Origin: an uncultured Candidatus Rokubacteria bacterium
Lineage (GTDB): Bacteria > Methylomirabilota > Methylomirabilia > Rokubacteriales > DASRDR01
Assembly (NCBI GenBank): GCA_963805625.1
Contig: CAWDVE010000010.1
Location: forward strand, 1,376,001-1,440,000
Length of the DNA: 64,000 nucleotides
Reading direction: 5' to 3'
Part shown: in pieces, positions 59,884 through 64,000 of the stretch
How the letters are laid out: every line of letters starts with the position of its first letter
How positions within the stretch are numbered: position 1 is the first letter of the stretch
Notes under the pieces: generated by a model
The model's input: the letters and a program-made list of their open reading frames with translations, nothing else
Databases searched by the model: none
What the model was told of the DNA's origin: nothing
Translations under genes and position numbers: made by a program

Positions 59884-60609
59884 TCACGGCGTCCTGAGCA
59901 GCTGGTAGAAGTGGACGCCGACGACCGTGAGGTAGCTCACCGCGGCACCGTGGAGCACGAACGCGGCCAAGCCCCCGAGGAACGGTACGAGCGACAGGAT
60001 CCACGACGCGATGCCGACGCCGACGAGAACGAGCAGGGAGCCCACCACGAGGCCGACGACGGGCCCGACGTGCGCCCGGACCACCGCGAAGCTCCGTCGA
60101 ATCCCGTCGATGGCGCCCAGACCGTCGAGAAGCACCGCAGGCAGCGTGAACATCAGGAATACCGCGGCCACGAGACCCGGGATCACGAGGAAGAGAAACC
60201 CGACCGCCATGATCACCGTCACGAGGCCGGACGCGACCACGACCGCACCGAGCCGCCCGACGACGGCCGTGAAGGAATCCCCCAGGACCGGCTCGCGCCC
60301 GCCGAGCGCGTCGCGCGCCATGGTCACCACCATGCCCGAGCTGAGAAGCCACAGGACCCCCATCACGAGGCCGAACACGAGCATCCCGAGAACGAGCCCC
60401 GCAATCCCACCGGCCGCCGCCCCGTGGCCGCCCCCCATCGCGCCTCCCATCAGGGCGCCCATCACGGCTACGCCGCCGCCGATGAAGAACAGCAACAGGA
60501 AACCGAGGACGGCCACCACCAGCGGTGGCACGATCAGGACCGGAAACCGGACCACGGTCTGGTAGGCCAGCCGGAAGTGCCCGACGATGTCGTCCGCGCT
60601 GCTCGCCAT
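59884..60609 (-). CDS. Hypothetical multi-pass membrane protein
   Basis: About 6 hydrophobic Gly-rich helices, GFLFLVIPGL, AIDGIRRSF; GGAGG RBS before ATG 60609. Confidence 0.75.
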   Translation of the reverse strand: MASSADDIVGHFRLAYQTVVRFPVLIVPPLVVAVLGFLLLFFIGGGVAVMGALMGGAMGGGHGAAAGGIAGLVLGMLVFGLVMGVLWLLSSGMVVTMARDALGGREPVLGDSFTAVVGRLGAVVVASGLVTVIMAVGFLFLVIPGLVAAVFLMFTLPAVLLDGLGAIDGIRRSFAVVRAHVGPVVGLVVGSLLVLVGVGIASWILSLVPFLGGLAAFVLHGAAVSYLTVVGVHFYQLLRTP

Positions 60610-60691
60610 GGTCGCCTCCGTTGTCGCGCGCGGCGGGGGGTGAACCCCTCCGGCTCTCTCGACCGAGCCTAGAGGTGCCGGGTGCCCCGCG

Positions 60692-61354
60692 TCAAACGGC
60701 ACCCTTGGCGGAACTCTTCGTCGGGGACGCGGTGGCCGACCGTTGCGTGATCGCGCACCACACCACCCAGAGGAGGAACAACGGCGCGCCAAAGGCCGCC
60801 GCGAGCAGGAACGGCCCGAGGAGGCCCAGCCAGGCGACGGGACCAACGAGGTAGAGGGCGTCCTCCGGCTCGAATCCCCGCCAGCTCCCCTGCGCGACCA
60901 TGGCTCGTCCTGCCGTCTCCTCCAGGAAGACGCGGATCAGGAAGATGGCCGCGATCGATCCCGCAGCAATCGTGCCCGCGACCGCTGCCCACGCGCCGAG
61001 CCACCCCGATCGGAGACCGATCGCCAGCCCCGCGAACAGGCTCACGTATCCCAGGCCGGCCGCCACGTGGTCGTAGTAGTGGCCGAAGCGGCTGGTCAGT
61101 CCGGTCAGACGGGCAAACTCGCCGTCCATGTGGTCGACGAGCACCGCCAGCATGAAAAGGCCGCCCCCCAGGGCGGCCCGGCGCGCGTCGCCCGAGGCCA
61201 TCAGCCAGGCCGCCGCCAGGGAGGCGAGAAGCCCGAGGGTCGTGAGCCAGTTGGGGGTGAGCGGCGTGTGACGGAGTGGCCGAACGAGCGCGCGCGCGAG
61301 ACGGACGTCCCAGGGACCCGCGGCGGCCTTTCCTCGAGCCTCAGGCGCGGACAT
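60692..61354 (-). CDS. CDP-alcohol phosphatidyltransferase family protein
   Basis: TPNWLT, DHMDGEFAR...SRFGHYYD signature; the last Asp of the motif is missing. Confidence 0.85.
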   Translation of the reverse strand: MSAPEARGKAAAGPWDVRLARALVRPLRHTPLTPNWLTTLGLLASLAAAWLMASGDARRAALGGGLFMLAVLVDHMDGEFARLTGLTSRFGHYYDHVAAGLGYVSLFAGLAIGLRSGWLGAWAAVAGTIAAGSIAAIFLIRVFLEETAGRAMVAQGSWRGFEPEDALYLVGPVAWLGLLGPFLLAAAFGAPLFLLWVVWCAITQRSATASPTKSSAKGAV

Positions 61355-62528
61355 CGCGGTCGCGCAGGAACTCACCCAGCCGCAGGAGGGCCTCATGGAT
61401 CCGTGGAAGGCTGTTGGCGTACGAGAAACGCAGGTATCCTTCGCCCCCCGTCCCGAAGTCGATGCCTGGCGTCACGGCCACGCGAGCTCCGGCCAGGATC
61501 TCGAAGGCAAAGTCGTACGACCGCTCGCAGAAGCGCCGGGCGTCGGCAAAGACGTAAAAGGCCCCGGTGGGCTCGGCCTGGACCCCGAGCCCGATCGCGC
61601 GAAGCCCCTGCACCATGGCGCGCCGCCGCTCGTCGAAGATCGCCCGGAACCGGCGCACGTCACCCGCAGCCTCGCGGAGCGCCGCCACGCCGGCCCACTG
61701 CACGAACTCGTTCGAGGAGATGAAGAAGTTCTGGTGGAGCCGCTGGAGCGTGCGGATGTACGGCTTGGGCGCGATGAGATAGCCGAGGCGCCAGCCGGTC
61801 ATTGCGTACGCCTTGGAGAAGCCGTTGAACACGAAGGCGCGATCCGTGAACTCGAGGACGGTGTGGTCGGGCCCTTCGTAGCTGAGGCCGTGGTAGATCT
61901 CGTCCGACACCAGCCAGGGGCCGTGCCGCTCCGCCAGCTCGGCGAGCGCGGCCAGCCGGTCGGCGGACATCACCACGCCGGTCGGATTCGCCGGCGAGTT
62001 CACCATGATGGCTCGCGTGCGTGGGCTCAGTCGCTCGCGAACCGCTTCGGCCCGGAGGCTCCATCCGTCGGCCTCGGGCGTGGGGACGTAGACCGGCACG
62101 GCGTCGGCGTAGCGCACGAAGTTCGGGTAGCACGCATAGTGTGGATTCGACAGGACGACCTCGTCCCCCGCGGACAGGAGCCCCGTGAAGAGGAGCAGCA
62201 TCGCCGGCGACGTCCCCGCCGTCACCAGCACCTGGTCCGGTGACACGGCGACCCGGTACGTCTGCTGGTAGTGCTCGGCGATCGCCTCCCGGAGCGGCAA
62301 GAGGCCCAGGCTGTGGGCGTACTTCGTCCGGCCCTCGCGAATCGCGCGCACGGCGGCCTCGCGAACCACTTCCGGCGTCTCGAAATCGGGCTCCCCGAAC
62401 TCGAGGTGCACCACCTCGTGCCCCTGGCGCTCGAGCTCCTGCGCGCGCTCGAAGACCTCGACCGCCAAGAACGGAGTGATCTCCTCGGTCCGCTTGGCCA
62501 GCTCCGCGAAGGCGTGAGACATGGGCAC
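61341..62528 (-). CDS. Class I/II PLP aminotransferase (AspC-like)
   Basis: GEPDF.TP, NSPANPTG, SDEIY, GFSKAYAMTGWRLG, RFSYA. Confidence 0.92.
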   Translation of the reverse strand: MPMSHAFAELAKRTEEITPFLAVEVFERAQELERQGHEVVHLEFGEPDFETPEVVREAAVRAIREGRTKYAHSLGLLPLREAIAEHYQQTYRVAVSPDQVLVTAGTSPAMLLLFTGLLSAGDEVVLSNPHYACYPNFVRYADAVPVYVPTPEADGWSLRAEAVRERLSPRTRAIMVNSPANPTGVVMSADRLAALAELAERHGPWLVSDEIYHGLSYEGPDHTVLEFTDRAFVFNGFSKAYAMTGWRLGYLIAPKPYIRTLQRLHQNFFISSNEFVQWAGVAALREAAGDVRRFRAIFDERRRAMVQGLRAIGLGVQAEPTGAFYVFADARRFCERSYDFAFEILAGARVAVTPGIDFGTGGEGYLRFSYANSLPRIHEALLRLGEFLRDRDVRA

Positions 62529-63953
62529 TCAGTGCGCTGGCCGGCGGCGGCGGCGCGCGAGGCCCCCTCGCTGGGCGGCGCGCACGACTTCCCGGGCGAC
62601 GGCCGGGGCGACCTTCTTGTTGAACACGCTCGGGATAATGTACTCCTCGTGGAGCTCCTTCCGGCTCACCACGGAGGCGATGGCCTTGGCCGCGGCGATC
62701 TTCATCTCGTCGGTGACCCGCATGGCTCGGCAGTCGAGTAGGCCCCGGAAGAATCCGGGGAAGCAAAGCACGTTATTGATTTGATTCGGATAGTCCGACC
62801 GGCCTGTCGCCATGACTCGGACGAGGGACTCCACCTCCTCCGGCATGATCTCCGGCACCGGATTGGCCATGGCGAAGACGATGGGGTCCCTCGCCATGGT
62901 CTTGACGTCCTGGGCCCGGAGCACCCCCGGCACGGAAAGGCCGATGAAGACGTCGGCTCCCTGGACGGCGACGCCCAGGCTGCCCCGTCGGTCCTCCGGG
63001 TTCGTCTCCTGCGCCACCCGCCTCTTCATGTCGTCCATCGGCGCCGGCCGCCCCGGCGCCAGGATGCCGTGCTCGTCGACCCCGAGGATCCGGCGCACGC
63101 CGATGGACCGCAGGATGCGAATCGTGGCCGTGCCCGCAGCCCCCACCCCGCACACGACGACCGAGATGTCCGCCAGCTCCTTGCCGACGATCCGGAGGGC
63201 GTTCAGAAGCGCCGCCAGCACGACGACCGCGGTTCCGTGCTGGTCGTCGTGGAAGACTGGGATGTCCAGCTCGTGCTGCAGGCGCTCCTCGATCGCGAAG
63301 CAGCGCGGCGCCGAGATGTCCTCCAGGTTGATCCCGCCGTAGACCGGTGCGATGTGCTTGACCGTCCGTACGATCTCGTCCACGTCCTTCGTGGCCAGGC
63401 ACACCGGGAAAGCGTCGACGTCAGCGAGTTCCTTGAACAGGAGGGACTTCCCCTCCATCACCGGCAGCGCCGCCTGGGGACCGATGTCCCCGAGACCGAG
63501 CACAGCCGTCCCGTCGGTCACGATGGCCACGGTGTTCTGCTTGATGGTCAGGGCGAAAGCGCGCTCCGGGTCTTCCCGGATGGCGAGGCAGACGCGGGCG
63601 ACGCCCGGCGTGTAGGCCATGGACAGGTCGTCTCGAGTCTTCAGGGGCACCTTGTTGCGGATCTCGATCTTCCCACCGAGATGGACGAGGAACGTCCGGT
63701 CGGACACGCTGACGATCCGGATGCCGTCGACGCAACGGATGGCGGCGACGATCGCCTGGCCGTGCTGTTCGTCACGCGCGTTGATCGTGAAGTCGCGGAC
63801 GATGATGTCCCTGACCAGCTCGACGAGGTCGACGGCCCGGATGTCGCCGCCGGCCTCGCCGATGGCGGACGTGAGGCGACCGAGCATGCCGGGTCGGTTC
63901 TTGATCGCCGCCCGGATGGTGAGACTGTACGAGGCGCTCGGGGTGAGGGCCAC
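62529..63953 (-). CDS. NAD(P)-dependent malic enzyme with N-terminal ACT domain
   Basis: NRPGMLGRL (ACT), AYTPGVA, TDGTAVLGLGDIG, NLEDI, HDDQHGTA, TGRSDYPNQINNVL. Confidence 0.93.
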   Translation of the reverse strand: MALTPSASYSLTIRAAIKNRPGMLGRLTSAIGEAGGDIRAVDLVELVRDIIVRDFTINARDEQHGQAIVAAIRCVDGIRIVSVSDRTFLVHLGGKIEIRNKVPLKTRDDLSMAYTPGVARVCLAIREDPERAFALTIKQNTVAIVTDGTAVLGLGDIGPQAALPVMEGKSLLFKELADVDAFPVCLATKDVDEIVRTVKHIAPVYGGINLEDISAPRCFAIEERLQHELDIPVFHDDQHGTAVVVLAALLNALRIVGKELADISVVVCGVGAAGTATIRILRSIGVRRILGVDEHGILAPGRPAPMDDMKRRVAQETNPEDRRGSLGVAVQGADVFIGLSVPGVLRAQDVKTMARDPIVFAMANPVPEIMPEEVESLVRVMATGRSDYPNQINNVLCFPGFFRGLLDCRAMRVTDEMKIAAAKAIASVVSRKELHEEYIIPSVFNKKVAPAVAREVVRAAQRGGLARRRRRPAH

Positions 63954-64000
63954 GGGGATCTCAGACCGGCTGCATGAGGGCCCGTGTGACCGCCGGCGGC

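Overview
A very GC-rich bacterial chromosome segment. A Rokubacteria/Methylomirabilota-like origin is inferred from gene content and a remnant of the ABC substrate-binding family expanded in that lineage; it is not proven. Positions ~21.9-64 kb are an almost continuous minus-strand housekeeping run: malic enzyme, aminotransferase, nth, rplM-rpsI-argJ-rpsB-tsf-pyrH-frr-uppS-cdsA-dxr-rseP-ferredoxin-proS-rimP-nusA-ylxR-infB-DUF503-rbfA-nrnA-truB-ribF-rpsO-pnp-M16 peptidase-purBSQLFM-purNH-(HTH-TPR)-purD-tsaC. The first ~21 kb is more accessory. Its highlight is a B12-dependent acyl-CoA mutase locus whose large subunit carries the 2-hydroxyisobutyryl-CoA mutase signature (RQIAG, Ile instead of Tyr/Phe). 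It lies with an HCL-like CoA ligase, an inserted ogt gene and, directly downstream, an uncalled DsrE-family selenoprotein (in-frame UGA in a U-x-x-C motif followed by a SECIS-like hairpin). Also present are a polyamine-type ABC importer with a fused permease and a HemL-like aminotransferase, a mobA-unknown-small basic peptide-thiI run, purEK and three gene remnants. The 1230-aa PurL-PurF 'fusion' in the ORF track results from a single extra base in purL. No rRNA, tRNA, CRISPR array or intact mobile element was seen. All family assignments come from motif recognition by eye, not database searches.
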